A DNA stretch of 64,000 nucleotides from Marsupella aquatica (taxonomy: Eukaryota > Plantae > Marchantiophyta). Position 1 is the stretch's first letter. Each line of letters starts with the position of its first letter. Below are positions 51,138-64,000 of this stretch, one piece after another. The notes below the pieces were generated by a model, which searched no databases, was not told the DNA's origin, and saw only the letters and a program-made list of their open reading frames with translations. The stretch spans positions 22,105,867 to 22,169,866 of the forward strand of contig OZ316894.1 in NCBI GenBank assembly GCA_973895155.1. The letters are read 5' to 3'. The translations under genes were made by a program, and so were the position numbers.

Positions 51138-53747
51138 ATGGGAGCTGGGGCTGCACAGAGCACAACCTGGGCGACAGCAGTTGCAACCATGTTGCTGCCT
51201 CGACAATTCTGTAGGTTACCGCTCCCTGCTGCTTGCATTGTTGGATCGGCCATCTCGTCCCTACCCTCAAGTTCTGGCCCTGCTCAGAGCACGTTTCCTC
51301 TCTTTCTGAAGTCCTCGAGTTGTCCAGTTCTTCCTCCTCTTCCTCCTGCTGCCGCTTTGCCGTTGTTTTCAAAATCCCTGCTCATTTCTGGGTTGAGGAT
51401 GAGCAATGTTGGTGCATTGGGATCGTCCAGTTTTAGCTCGTCGGCGTCTGCAGTCGCCACCACTCCTGAAGATTTGCTCGATTTCTGGTACAGTGGTCTT
51501 TTTTTTGTGATCTAGGTGTTTGGCTTTCTCCTTTCGTGCTCTGTAATTCGTGAATTTTAGGCTCTGTGGGCGGGACCAAGAAAATCTATCACCAGAGGGT
51601 TCCTTTCGTTTGCGAAATCTCTACGCTGCAAGTTTTAATCATTTTTGGTGATAATGCTAGCATATTCCACCAAGAAATTGAACGAATGGGAGAAAGGGGA
51701 CGGTTCATTAGGGCCTCTTGAAGTAATTATAAAGGAAAGCGTGTAGTGGACAGGGATTGGGCTTTTTTGGTTCTTTACTGGGCTTATTTGTATAAACATC
51801 TTTTGCGCTTCTCCTATCCTAAATGAAACTCGGTTTGCTTGAGATTATTTCGAGAAGTCGTTTACCTTCAGGCCCGAATTATTTAGCCTTTCATCGTCAG
51901 CCTTGGATACGGACAACATCGGTGCACCATTTCACTATTTCCCCACGTTTCATCTTGAGCTGAGTTCCTTGATGTTGAATATCACTTGGACAGCAACGGT
52001 TTAGCCCAGAGTTTCAAGATTAGAATATATCATTGTGTTTGTGAGATGATTTTGCTTTCTATGGCCTTTGCTAGACAGGTAGCCTGTTCCTCATGGTAAC
52101 TGGCTTGGTTTCAATCATGGGGACGGTGTGGGGTTCTTAAAAGTATTGGTTGTCTTTGTAAATGCAGGTTCGAAGGTGTAGGTCCAGAGTCAGGTGTTTA
52201 CGGCAGGAAAGAGTGGTTCCTCGGTGGTCCTGAATTCGATGGACAGGTATCTTCACTCCAAATATGTTGACATCTAGGTCATCTAGGAGATAGTTAGGGT
52301 TTAGGAGTCTGCTCGTTAGAATCTAAGTTAGGAGTTCCACAACCACATTTCTTAGAAGACAGTGAGATTTGTTTCGTACAACTGAGTATCCTGGTTACTT
52401 CAGGGCAGCTGGTCTGGTCTTTCTATTTTAAACGGTGTGTTTAACAAGACCATACCATTTATCACTTGAACCATGATCTGACCTTGCCCACGAAGCGAGC
52501 ACTGGTAGCTGTCCTATTGATGATTTGCTCGAGTCTTAAGTGTCGATTGTGTGTTCAATCTTACATAATGGTCTGGAAGGTTTCGTGACCGTACTAATTG
52601 AAGACCTTTCACACGGCAGTGTTGGGAGAAATTTGGAGAATGTCTGAAACTTTTCGGTACTGGAGCATTGGATGGATGGATGAAAACAAGTCGAGGTAGA
52701 CTTGCACTCGTAATTCTTCTAGACCAAATTTCTCGCAATGTGAATCGAAACTCTGCGTCATCATATTCGCAGGATCCGACTGCTATAAAAATTACTCTGG
52801 ATACAATTGAACAGGCACGTGCATCTCGCTCTCTTTCATATTCTATGTGAATAGAAAAGCTAAAGATATCAACTTCATCCTGTATCTGTTATTCGTTCCC
52901 TCCACCTAATTTATCTCATCGTACTAATAGCCAAGGTGAGTAGGACTGCATGTACTCGTTTAAATGAGTTGGTATCGTTGGAGTTGATTCTTTTCGGTTC
53001 ACAACATGAGCTAGTTCTACTACGCATAGGATTTAGTTTGTACAGTGAGTGTAAGACATCTGCCTGTGTTAACATGTGCAGCCTGTCATTATCAGCGGAG
53101 ATTAATTAATTTTTTTGTTCCTGTTGTCTTCTGCTGACAACAGGGATGGGACAAGGAGCTGACTCCCTCAGAGCGGCGGTTTCTTTATATGCCCCTTATG
53201 CACTCGGAGAACTTGAGAGACCATGAGTTTGCAGACCGTCTCTTCGAAGATCTGGCCACCGAAAACTCTGATAACGAAAAACTGCATGAACAGCTCCTTG
53301 CCTTCTTGGCATTTGAGGTTGACCAAACTTAGTCCTAATACCTGGTGGAGATTGTATTTGCTTTTTGGAGGCCACGTGTCATATCTGGGTGCTATGCTTG
53401 TCGCACTATAACATCTTGGCCTTCTATATGTCTAAACTATTGGGTAACGTGAAATGTCTCTTTAGATTCTAGGTGAGGTCGGTGCAGTAGCTTATTTGAG
53501 GACAGTTTGGAATATGTTTCAGTGTCCATGTTACATATTCAAGTCTCCTTGGAAACCATGTTTTAGCATTCGCATTTTCTTAATATCTTCCATCTAAATA
53601 TATGCCACAACTTCTGCATTCTTCTTGCAGAGGAAACATAGTGCTGTCCTGAAGAGGTTTGGACGATATCCCTCAAGGAATGCAGTTCTGGGGCGAACAA
53701 ATACTAAAGAAGAGGAAGAGTTTTTGGCCAGTAGTGGCGGGTGGTGA
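51138..53747 (+). CDS. DUF924 family protein with putative organellar transit peptide
   Basis: Exons 51138-51487, 52168-52246, 52620-52814, 53144-53317 and 53631-53747 splice to ..EDLLDFWF..WF.GGPEFD..LALVILLDQISRNVNR..D..A..RFLYMPLMHSEN..H..VLKRFGRYPSRNAVLGR.NT.EEEEFL. Intron 3 needs a GC donor. Start codon uncertain (51138 or 51399). Confidence 0.87.
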
Positions 53748-54388
53748 TTTATTGGCCATCTTGGTAGCATTCATCTTATTAACAGGATCTTCATCTGTGA
53801 GCACCTACTCTACCACGATTGAAAGCCAAGATGAAGTTCGTACTGTGAAAATTAAAGAGTACTCCGATTTTGTGGGAGTACAAAATTACAGATCTGTAGT
53901 TTCTATATCGTTAGCTGGAGGTCGTTCCTGTTCTTACATCCACTTCTTCTGGTACAGAGGTGCAGCCTCAAGGTGATGTGATCCGTGGAGAATTGACTTC
54001 CTGCAATTCCTGTCACGAGGCTATGAGGTCTGCTGCATAAAGGGAGGTGTTGGATCAATTCGTGCAAGTAAGCGTGTTTGTTTGTACTTGGTGGGTTTCA
54101 TGATTTTGGAAAACATGGAGGAGATTCCTAAATGTTTCCAATTCAATACATAGGACTAGTACTCGTAAATGTTCAAAGGCCTTTGTCTGGCACACTTATC
54201 CACGACTATAAAGCTACCGAGCAGAACTCTTCGCGTTTTGCCACTAAACATAGCGGACCTGTGAGAGCAATGAATTATTTCATCTCCTCCTAAATCTGTG
54301 AAAGCAAAGATTTAGCAAAAGTGCTGTGCCATGTAGTTAAACCTTTGGCTGTGAGAAAGGAGAATCATTTCACTCGAATTTGCGACCA

Positions 54389-54724
54389 ATGACTACCACG
54401 GGCAGGGGAACGACATCAATACAACCTCCTGGAAGGGTGGAAACGCCGCCAGGGACCAGGTCAGGGGGGGAGTCAGCAAGGTCAGGGCCCACAAGGACGG
54501 AGCCAGCTCCGGTAAACTATGTGGAGAAGGCAAAGGCAGAAATGAAACGGATAGAGGAAATTCAGACGGCGTTGAAACAAGTAGAAGATTTGCAGAAAAA
54601 CCTTTCAGCTGCAAATGTCAAGGACAAACTGGCTCCCGTAGTGGAAGAATTGCAGAAAAAATTGGCAGTGAAGAAACAAGATTTTCAAAAATACCGTTCT
54701 CGTATGGATAAGGGTGAGCTTTGA
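54389..54724 (+). CDS. Possible small orphan protein (111 aa): disordered N-terminus plus coiled coil
   Basis: ATG-initiated ORF with heptad-like helical half (YVEKAKAEMKRIEEIQTALKQVEDLQKNL..VVEELQKKLAVKKQDFQKY); no family recognised. Confidence 0.45.
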   Translation: MTTTGRGTTSIQPPGRVETPPGTRSGGESARSGPTRTEPAPVNYVEKAKAEMKRIEEIQTALKQVEDLQKNLSAANVKDKLAPVVEELQKKLAVKKQDFQKYRSRMDKGEL

Positions 54725-57710
54725 GAAGTGAGAAGAGCAATCGGTAATTCTGATCCAGATGCAAATCTCATGATTGGTTAGAGGAGAGGTTCAGCTAATT
54801 GGAGAGACCTAAAAAGCTTTTTAGCCCAACAAAACGAGATGGAATTGAAGGTCCTTGAAACCAAAATTTTGATTGTCCAACTTTTGGTTGCTTGATATGT
54901 TGAGTTTCTGCTCTGTAATCGTAATTGGTCGCTAGGACTATATTCCAGAACTGGTTTTAGGTTGCCTCCTGTTTGAGATGATTTGAGATGATTCACTGAG
55001 CAGAGCTAAAAATTCGCCACCACTACATTAGTCTTACAATTTGATACGTAATTGTTACCATGTAAGTCTTCAAATATTATCAATGAAGGAATGTTCCTTA
55101 ACTAGTACCAGGGAATGCTTTCAAGCATGGTGTATGGCTTGAAATTCTGGAAGCGTCAAGTTTCAGTGATTTTTGGCAGCGCTTTCTCCAAATTAAAACA
55201 AAAGACTAGTTGATGGGGGCGTTGCCCTATATTGCAGACCTTTTAGATGTATGTGACGGGCATGTGTGCTCCATTGTTTTCTGTGATCCATCGTGGGGTC
55301 GTTTGAGGGCATTGCTCTATATGCATGTCATTATGGAGTGTGTTGTGAGCTTGGTGATTTTCTATACTTCCTTTCAATCCCCCAAAATGCTTCTACATTT
55401 CCAGGACCTTTCAGGATTTCCACTATTCTATGGCATGTCAAATGAAGAGCATGTTAAATCAGCTTAGAAGCGAGACACAAGAAACTTACTTGCTGCAAGG
55501 GCAGAGAACAATAATGCAACATAGTCTCACAAATTTGAAGTTGAAACAAATGAAGGGGATACGAAACACGTGAGGCCAGTGATATGAATGCTAGAGCATC
55601 TGCACTGCGGCTATTGAGTCCATTCCTGAAAATGTTGCGATTTGGGTCTCGGGACTTTAATTTTTCACATGCACGCACCAATGCTCACTGTCTGTAAAAA
55701 CCTTCAAAGTACAGTCCAAACACTAAGAGAAACGTTCCAGAGCAAAAAAACACATTGGGCAGTGCCATTGTCTTTAAAGTATAATCTTTACGGACCCCCA
55801 TGGGAAACTTCTTCCAAAATCCCCAAATCCCTGGAAGCACGTGTTGTCACATGAGCACTATTGGTCACAAACAAGAAAAGGTTGTTATACAAAAAGTACC
55901 AAACAAGACTATGTGTGTTTGAGACAAGTAAAAAAATTTGTTAGACCTTGTAATTGTACTAACAATGGAAAACTAAAAAGTAACTTTCAAATAAACAAAG
56001 AAATGAGTGAAAAGAAAATAACCTTTGGATGGATTGTGATTGATATATCAGTGTTTTCCAGTAGATTGTATGAGTTTTCTAACTAATTATCAATTTTTTG
56101 AATAACCACGGGTAGAAAGAAACTCTTCAACTACTATGACATTTACCAACGTAACGTCAGAAACCCTTCGGCTACTATGGACAAAAGAACACCAAGGGAA
56201 CATAAGAAACCCTCCAACACTCTGTATAAAAGAATACCAAAGGAATGTAAAAAACCCTTTGGCTTCTATAACACATTATGCATGGCCTCTATGGACATAG
56301 GAGTACCCAGGGAACGTTGTGCATGGACTACTACATCTCATCTCCATATTTAAAAGCTACTCCAGTATGCAATTTTTCATGTGCTTTAACTTAGTTGTTG
56401 AATAACATCAAACTTAAATAACCAAGGGGTCCTCAATCTAATTAGCAATTAGCTTGTAATTGTCAGTAGTCCTTGGTTTGCTTAGACAAGTATTTTAGCT
56501 TATATTTTGGGCAGTGCCAGTGTCACATAGGACTATCCACAGTTATAGCCCGAGGAGTGTCATTGATTGGATGGGTGGTGAGGCCTTACTCTCACAAACA
56601 TGGTTGGCTCGAAAAACATTCTAGAGCTAAAGTACTCTGGGCAGTGCCGGTGTCATTAAAGTATAAGCGTTAGCTTATGATTGTTGCTGGTCCCATGTTA
56701 TAACTGCAGGACTGCCTGGTGGGGCCTTGTTCATTGCTTGGTGTTCTCTCTTGGTCGGTTGGTCGATGACAACTTGCCCCCTCTGGCCGATGGGGGCTGT
56801 GCTCTTTTTGGCCTTTTTACTTTCCCTCCCTACATGTTTTTTCCTTTTTCTGTGGGGGTTTTCACGATTATCTACAACTATAATTAGTGATCCCGCCTTT
56901 TTTAGTCTTTCATCCCGTTATGAAATCCAAAATTGGCGGGAATCAAAACTGGCCATAAGATATTTTAGAGGATTCTCGTATCCATTTGATTAGCACTTGC
57001 CCTCTCTGGCGAGATCTCCCACACCTTTGCCTTCATTATGGACCCCCCTTGCAATATATGTATACGGGGATCAATGCTCGCAATGCCTCGCCCTGACGCC
57101 CTCGCCCTGACACCCTGCCTCGCCCTCCACTCAGTCCCGATGCGCTTGCCCTGCCTCTTGCCCTCAGCCCGACTCCGTATGGGCTGGCTCTCATTGTGCT
57201 GTTTATATATTTATAAAAGAAAATCGTTATGAGGAAAAATATTTCCCTTTCTGTGGGGTCTACATGGTTAATCATTTATAAAAGAAAAACAGTTAGAAAA
57301 ACAGTTCTGGGGAAAAAATACAAAGAGAAAGCCCATAGAGCCATATATGGTTGTGTGATAACTCATTGGAGTTGAGACTCAAAGGTCTAGTGTTCAAATG
57401 TGACTGATTGTTCATCTTCTATGGAGTTTAGCAGATTTCCCTTAAAAATATATAAATAAATACAAAGAGAAAAATCAGAATAATTTTATTACTATAGCGC
57501 AATGCAAAGTTTCTTCAAGGGCTATTATCTAAAGTTAAGTCTTTAGACCGTAATTCTCAATAGGACAATACTGAAAGTGAAGATGGACCAAGAAAAATGA
57601 TGGGAACACAGATTAATAACTAAATAAGGACAAAACTAATAGACTCTTAATAAAGACAAAATAGAAGTGAGGGTGAAAAAACAAGAGATGGAGGCAAAAA
57701 TAAACAAGAC

Positions 57711-58097
57711 CATCTTGTTTTGCAATACTTGTTTGTCTTATCTCTACTTAGGTTCAAAGAAAGGGTAATCATTGTTTTGCAATACTGTTTTTGTCTTATC
57801 TCTATTTACTTTCAAAGAACTGTTAAGCTAGTAGTAATCATTGTTTTGCAATACTAGGTTTTGTCTTATCTCTATTTACTCTCAAGAACGAGTAACCTGG
57901 CTAGTATTTACTAAACTTTGATACGCCCTACTACAAAGGCTAGTATTTACTAAACTTTGATACGCCCTCCCTCCTACTATGAGAGTGATTTGCGTCCTAC
58001 TACGAGAGTGATTTGCTTGATGGGACCCTAAAATGAATTGTGTCACTTGATAGGACAGGATCCCAAAGTTTTGATAGGACAGCATCCCAAAGTTTTG
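57711..58097. repeat. Cluster of short tandem repeats (~60-70 bp x3, 39 bp x2, 24 bp x2)
   Basis: cattgttttgcaatact..tttgtcttatctcta x3; ggctagtatttactaaactttgatacgccct x2; ttgataggacag.atcccaaagtt x2. Confidence 0.8.
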
Positions 58098-59268
58098 GGT
58101 AGGTTGATTCAAGGTCTATCAATCAATGATCTAGATTAATTAGGGTCCTATCAAATAAGTATCAAGTAACAAGTTTCATTTTGGGGTCCATTAAGCAAAT
58201 CCCTCTCTACCACGATCTAAATAAGAATTGGCGCACAACACCAACACAAACCTACGAACTCTCTCGGCGGATGCGATTGAGACGAAAGGCGGTGTCGTCG
58301 TGGATCATGGAGCCGAGAGGGTTTCTCTACCGACGACGAAATTCGTCTCCTGGAGATGGTGGAGAGTCACGGCGACATTTCGAAGTCGAAGATGGAGTGT
58401 TGCTGTGGAGGACGAGGAATGTGCCGCTGGCATGGAGGACGAGGAATGTGCCGCTGGCATGGAGGACAGATCTTAGCCGGAACGGCCTGGTAGGTATTAT
58501 TGAATGATGATCAAAAGTGCGGGAACGGAACATCACCTGTCCCGCTTGTTCCTTCGCCCTGACGACTCTTGACGGGTTGGATTCGAGTGCCGGAGAGATT
58601 ACCTCGATTGCAGTCGGGCATTATTATTGTCTTCCTTGGGACCTGTTCGCGGTCTGAAGGAGATGGTGTGTTTCGTATGTGTTTTCGCCGATGGATGGCT
58701 GTTGGATGTGGAGCAGATGAAATTGAAGCCAAATGGCAGAGGACTTTTCATTGCCGAGGAGAGGATTCGATTCAGCAGAGTAAAAGGCGGCAAGAAATGA
58801 GAATCGCGACGATGGTTGATTCGTTAGGGTATAACTTTTGTAGGCGTATTATTCCCGCTCTGAAACCGATCACCACGTTTGGAACTGCTTTTCTGGTGAC
58901 TGATCGACGGGGAGGCAGGGAGAAGTTGAATTTCTAAAGACGGCCACGGAATTCGGATGCAATGTGTAAGAATTTAATCTAGACGTGTTGTTATCTGCGT
59001 ATACAAAAGTCAAACTCCTAAAACCAGAACAAGGACCGCCAATTGATGTCTCCCTTCCCCCCTCCATATCTGAATTTCATCGACCTTTCAAAAACTGAAC
59101 AAATACACGGAAATTGCTTTACCATACAGGATCGAGATATCCACCATTCGTTGGTAATTGTAGAGTGGTGCTCAATCTCTTATACAACAAATCAATGGGT
59201 GTAATTTCAAGTGTATCCTAAATGAGGTTGCGCAGAATGAGAGTACCGCTGACAAAGTCGAACTGCAG

Positions 59269-62200
59269 GTGCCGTAGCATTTGTAGAAAAAGAGGAAAAC
59301 GAAGCTTTTACTGACCCGGGGGATCCACATGTACGCCACCGTGTTGAACGAAGACGCCTGTTGGAGCAAAGAGTTGCGGAAACTCTCGCTTTGAAACCGT
59401 CGAAGCCTTGCCCGCTTTTGAAGGTACTCCTCCGGATCAATGTCATTATTACATATACAGGTTCTTGAGTGATCTTCTCGGAAATCTAACTTACCGGTGC
59501 CTCAGCTTCGTGAATTATTCAAGCCAGGCAGTGAAGCAGCTCAGTTGGAAAACATTGTGCGCCGAAAGACTTCTGAAGGTGGAAACTGATGAATAAACGA
59601 AGGAATTATGCAAACACAATTCACTGATGGAACAGGCTCCATGAATTTGGCAACTAATTAGATGCTTCACCAATGAAAGGACGGCGTGAGCCCGGTGTTA
59701 GTCTGAAGAGATCATGACCAAATTTGTTAACGTACTCAACAAAAGTTGGTCACAATGTGGGAGCCCATCAAGAAGAATGATTCTTCCAAAAATTACTTCA
59801 CGGTCGTACCAGGAGCCTGTGACACTCTTTTTGGCATCGAGCCTATCTAGAGATAACACTAAACTAAAGCTCACACACTGTCGTCATTTCTGGTGGGTGG
59901 TAAAGAGGTAGGTGGAAGTAGCGGGGTTCAAGCTATGTAGATCTGTGGCTGAACCCACGAAATCGCCTCATGTGCATGAGTCAGATGAGACCTGCCACTC
60001 ACAATTCGGTCATTTGGACTGAATCATCTAGACCATATCTCACCTTGGATCCAGGTCGAGTTTCCAAAGCTGTCAAATTCGACGGTCTTCAAGAACAGAC
60101 CAGGGGAGCTCAATGGCTACTACGATCGCTTCAATCAGTCCGACGTCCCCTCTCGTTCCAGGGCACGTCGAAAGCTAGCTCGACGTAATAAGTACAACGA
60201 ATCAGTACTAGATGCCTCTCTGGATTGTAGCATTCTGGAGCTCAGAATAAATATGCGTAATCGTTTACGAAAAACGGAGGAATTGAACTGAGATTCGGAT
60301 AAGTCATGGAGAAATGAATTCATGCCTTGAACCATGAGATCCCAAGTGTATATATTTGTAGCACACTGTTTAATCGCCTACGAAAAGAGTAATAAACAAT
60401 CTCGGTAAACAACATTTGTGAATCACTTCAATGCAGGGAAGCGAACACGGGACCTACAAGCTCAGCCCAGATGAGGAGGAGCGGGAAATTCGAGATTACC
60501 TTAGAAGGTCTCGACAAGTGCGGATTATGCAGGTAAAATTCTTGGCAGGTGCGCTCCTTTTGGTCGACCGTTTTGACAAAATACCTGTGTCTTCGATGAT
60601 AATGTAGTTACGAGTCGATGACATCTCTTTTTGCAGGTATTATTGTAGATTGTTGTCGTCAATCGCTTACTTATTTTGATTGAACATTTACTCTCTGAGA
60701 TACAGTTTAGGTTTTGTACGTCTCTGCATGGATTTTCGACAGTCTCATTTGGCCCTGCAGGTTCGGGCTCAAGAAATGCTACTGGCAGCCCGACGAGTGG
60801 GAGAATTTCGTCAGCGCAAGAAGAATGAGAAACATAAGTTGCTGCAAGTACTGAAGGTGCCCGATCAAAACAAGTCATTCCAATGGACAGGCATACTCTA
60901 CGAAAGAAAGAACTTCCTGTCTGTTTGTCCAAATTTACGGTCTCCCACGCATTCACGTTATAGGGACTCAGGTGTCAACATTAGCCTTGGTGCTGCTGTT
61001 CTATCTCTTGCCCAGTGCCGGAGGAAGTAGGAGATCTTCTTCGGCGATTTTATCAACGATCACGTACTCTTCGTAACATATGTCAGTTCTGGACATGAAC
61101 TCCGTGCTTGAACTCCGTGCTACATTCACGAAAAAGTGAACTTATCTGGAGAATTGTCAGAGACAGAATGATTTTAACAGTGTGGCGGATATCGGTGTCA
61201 TTAGGAGGCTTGGCAAGAGGAGCACAACAGGCGGATTGCTGACGTTGAAGAAGTCTTAGTGACGTCCTGCAAAGGCATAGGTCAAAGCCATATCGCCGCC
61301 CAGGAGGTCACTAAAAACATGGTTAGTTCCCTCCTGACACAGGATTCCTTGCTTGTAATACGATTCTCGTCGTGCTCAGGGACACGTTTTCCTCGACCAT
61401 CATCCTGTGTTGGCTATACGACACAGTCCTCGCTCCTTAGTCATTTGTCCTTGTGCTTCAGGCCTAGTTGTCTGCTCTAGAGGCAGGGTTTGGTTTGTGA
61501 AATGAAAGTTAGATTGTCACCGTACAAAATAGAGTGGCAGATTCACGTACATTGTTTTTGATCGACATTTTAAGGTTGCTTTACTGTATTATTTGCATGA
61601 GGTTCGCTTCTCTCAAACTTCTCTTTTTGTAGGCCGCTATGGCTGAAGAGAAGGTTAAGCAAGCCGAAGAAAGCAGGTTGTGGGAAACTCTGCGATATCA
61701 GAAGGCGAAACAGGAGGTGCATTCCAGCCCCTTGGTATAGGTTTCAATGTAGTATCAGAAAATAATTAATATGTGGAAGGCTATACTAGTCTTAGAGTGG
61801 ATATCTTCGGCCATACATCTCTTCGGATGTAGGTAATTGAAACATTAAAGTTTTTAATTGTTCAATTTGAGTTCAAATTGTCTAGAGAGACACGGTTAGA
61901 ATTTAGAACATGAGTTTGATGGGTCTGGCTTAAACATTTGTCCTAATCTAAGAGAGATCAATATGCCCATCCAAAGGAATGTGCCCGAAAATCAGAGACA
62001 GCTGAAGTGGACAAAGCCGCCGCGAAAGACCGCAGGCGTGTCGTCGAGTGTGCAGCAGAGATCGAGAGAGCTCGAGCTCGATGTCATGCTTCTCGAATAA
62101 AGTCCAAATCGATCGAGGACAAGCGGAATTCTTCAGAAGGTTCAAGTCTTTCTTTATCTTCGATCTGGCTACGTTTTGGATTTTCTCCTATCAAGTCTTT

Positions 62201-64000
62201 GAGTGGTGTCCCTGCACATCTGGCTGTAAAGCGAGTTATTTTAAATGAGGGAGCCCACTATATTGCAAAATTGCGCGATCCACTTTTGATACATATTGTC
62301 GGGGATGCAGTCCCACATAATTCGATTGATTTTTCAAGATCGACAAATGTCAAACCATGTAAACCAATTGTGTATACGTCGACATCATGATAATGTTAAT
62401 GTGACGTTCTTTGGGGTTGGAGCAGCAATTGAAGTTAGTGTCCATTGTTTGCAGAAGATCCTCAGAAATATCTGCATCCTAACTTCAACAGTCATGACAT
62501 TAAGCGAAATTTCATCCAGTCGAGGCTGGCGGGCACTCCGAATGACTACAAAGACACATACTTCCACTCGCGGTTCTGCGTCTTTAAAGATAAGACCAAC
62601 CTCAATGATACTGAAGGAGCTCCTGAAGAGCAACAAGATCACGAGAAAGATGCATGGGAGGCTGCAGAAGCTCACTTGAAGAGTGTTGAATTAGAGCAAC
62701 AACAGAGGGCTGACGTAGAGGAACTCTGGAACAAACGTAAGGTGGAAAGAGGACAGGTGGCAGTGGCTCACCTTCAGGTATGGATGACATCTTGTGTTCA
62801 GGATATCGATTCATATGGAGTGAACTCTCTAATGCACAGGATTTCTGCCGATCGTAGCTTTTGCAATCCGGTGCCCATTATGAAGATAATTTATCCTATG
62901 GTTGAATCCCTTCTCACAATGACCCATATATCCCCGGCAGACCAATGAATCTCTCTAAGGCGATATCATATCATAAAGAGAAGCGCAATCCTCAGACTTA
63001 ATTTTTAAGAAGTTGTGGCCGGCTGATGGACGTTTGAGGACCAGTTATGTCAGAATTATTTTCCTTCCGCATGCTGGTTACGACAAGGAGCACCAAGGGT
63101 TCCTGACAGGGGTTCTGTGAGCTCAAGTTGCTAAGGGCCTGGTTGCAGAAAATAGCCTCGCTCGAGGAAGAGCTAGCCATGGAGATGGCACAGGAGCAAG
63201 AGAGGAAGCGCCACTTGCAACTTATAGAAGAGCTGAGCAAGACAGCGCATTCTTCAGCATACAAATCGGATCAGAGACGGGCTTTGCTCTCCAAGCCATG
63301 TGATAATAAAGGTTGTTATCGGCGAACATTGTTTACCCTCGTTGTTCACATATCTCCAGTTCCTGTGCTAGAGAGTAATGCGATGGGATATTAAGGTCGT
63401 CTACGAAATCAATTCTTATGTTGTTGCGTCGTCTAGTTTGCACTCTCATACAGTTCATAATTTCTGCAATTGAATTTCCCTTCACCTCTTTCCCTGTGTT
63501 CCCGAGATAATTCCTTTGATCTTGGGATTCGGTACATATAAACTCCTGTTCTCCCCTCCCATTGTCCAATTAATTTACAGAAAAGGACGTAGAAAAAGTG
63601 GGAAGACACTGTTTCTCGCTTGTGGTACTCTACGGCCACCGAGATGGTTCTAGAAACCTGACAACCGATAGGTCGTTCACTGGGGCCACAACTCTAGTCT
63701 ACCAACAACACCACCATTCATCTGCTGGCATTAGAGTCAGAGAAGCGATCAATATCGAACTGGTGTCCTTTCTTATGGCCTGTTTTTTGGGGCTACCTTG
63801 GAAGTAACTAAGGTATTGAAACCACCCTTGGTTCTTCAGAACCCTTGCCATTCCCTAGCCTGAAACCCGTAAACACTAGCTTGAAGATAAGAAACGTACT
63901 CACTCTTCCCTGGGCGTTTTGAAAATGCCCCTGCAGGTGTGATGCAGAACATGAACCTCATCCCCACAAATTGTAGCACACCACCAAGACCAAAGCCGAA
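59269..64000 (+). CDS. CEP295: CEP295/Ana1-like centriolar coiled-coil protein (5' exon unresolved; continues beyond the window)
   Basis: In-frame GT-AG exons 59269-59423, 60437-60532, 60761-60856, 61205-61321, 61633-61716, ~61977-62139, 62455-62777, 63149-63311 and 63937-end give LSPDEEEREIRDYLRRSRQVRIMQVRAQE..EAWQEEH..GIGQSHIAAQE..DAWEAAEAH..VERGQVA. This parallels the CEP295 N-terminus as I recall it (LSPNEE..RRKLRLLQVREQE..AEWEESQ..MGEGHRQAKE..DARLAAEEE..HVRGFQA). Confidence 0.72.

Noticed and set aside
58181-58937. ORFs as the first exon of the CEP295-like gene
   Set aside because: Several frames are possible and contain a 27-bp repeat; the start exon cannot be assigned from sequence alone.

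Overview
Eukaryotic land-plant genomic DNA with spliceosomal introns, probably from a non-seed plant such as a bryophyte (inferred from the centriole gene, the DUF924 gene and the CRE-type retroelement). Host genes: RAD1 (5' part, minus strand), intronless RPL5/uL18, a plastid-type J-domain protein, an intronless CYP74/allene oxide synthase, an Hv1 voltage-gated proton channel plus a frameshifted duplicate, a DUF924 gene with a GC-AG intron, and a multi-exon gene whose spliced product resembles the N-terminal domain of the centriole protein CEP295/Ana1. The middle (~20-50 kb) is a tandem segmental duplication interrupted by two 5'-truncated L1 elements, a full-length PIF/Harbinger transposon and satellite DNA. 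The two copies decayed reciprocally: one keeps Hv1, the other keeps a small coiled-coil ORF with a HEPN-like RNxxAH motif. Other oddities: a telomere-repeat-containing templated repair scar inside the CRE element, tandemly duplicated cassette exons in the DnaJ intron, arrays of CRE 3' ends, and a perfect 26-bp hairpin. All homology calls come from manual motif recognition; no database searches were run.
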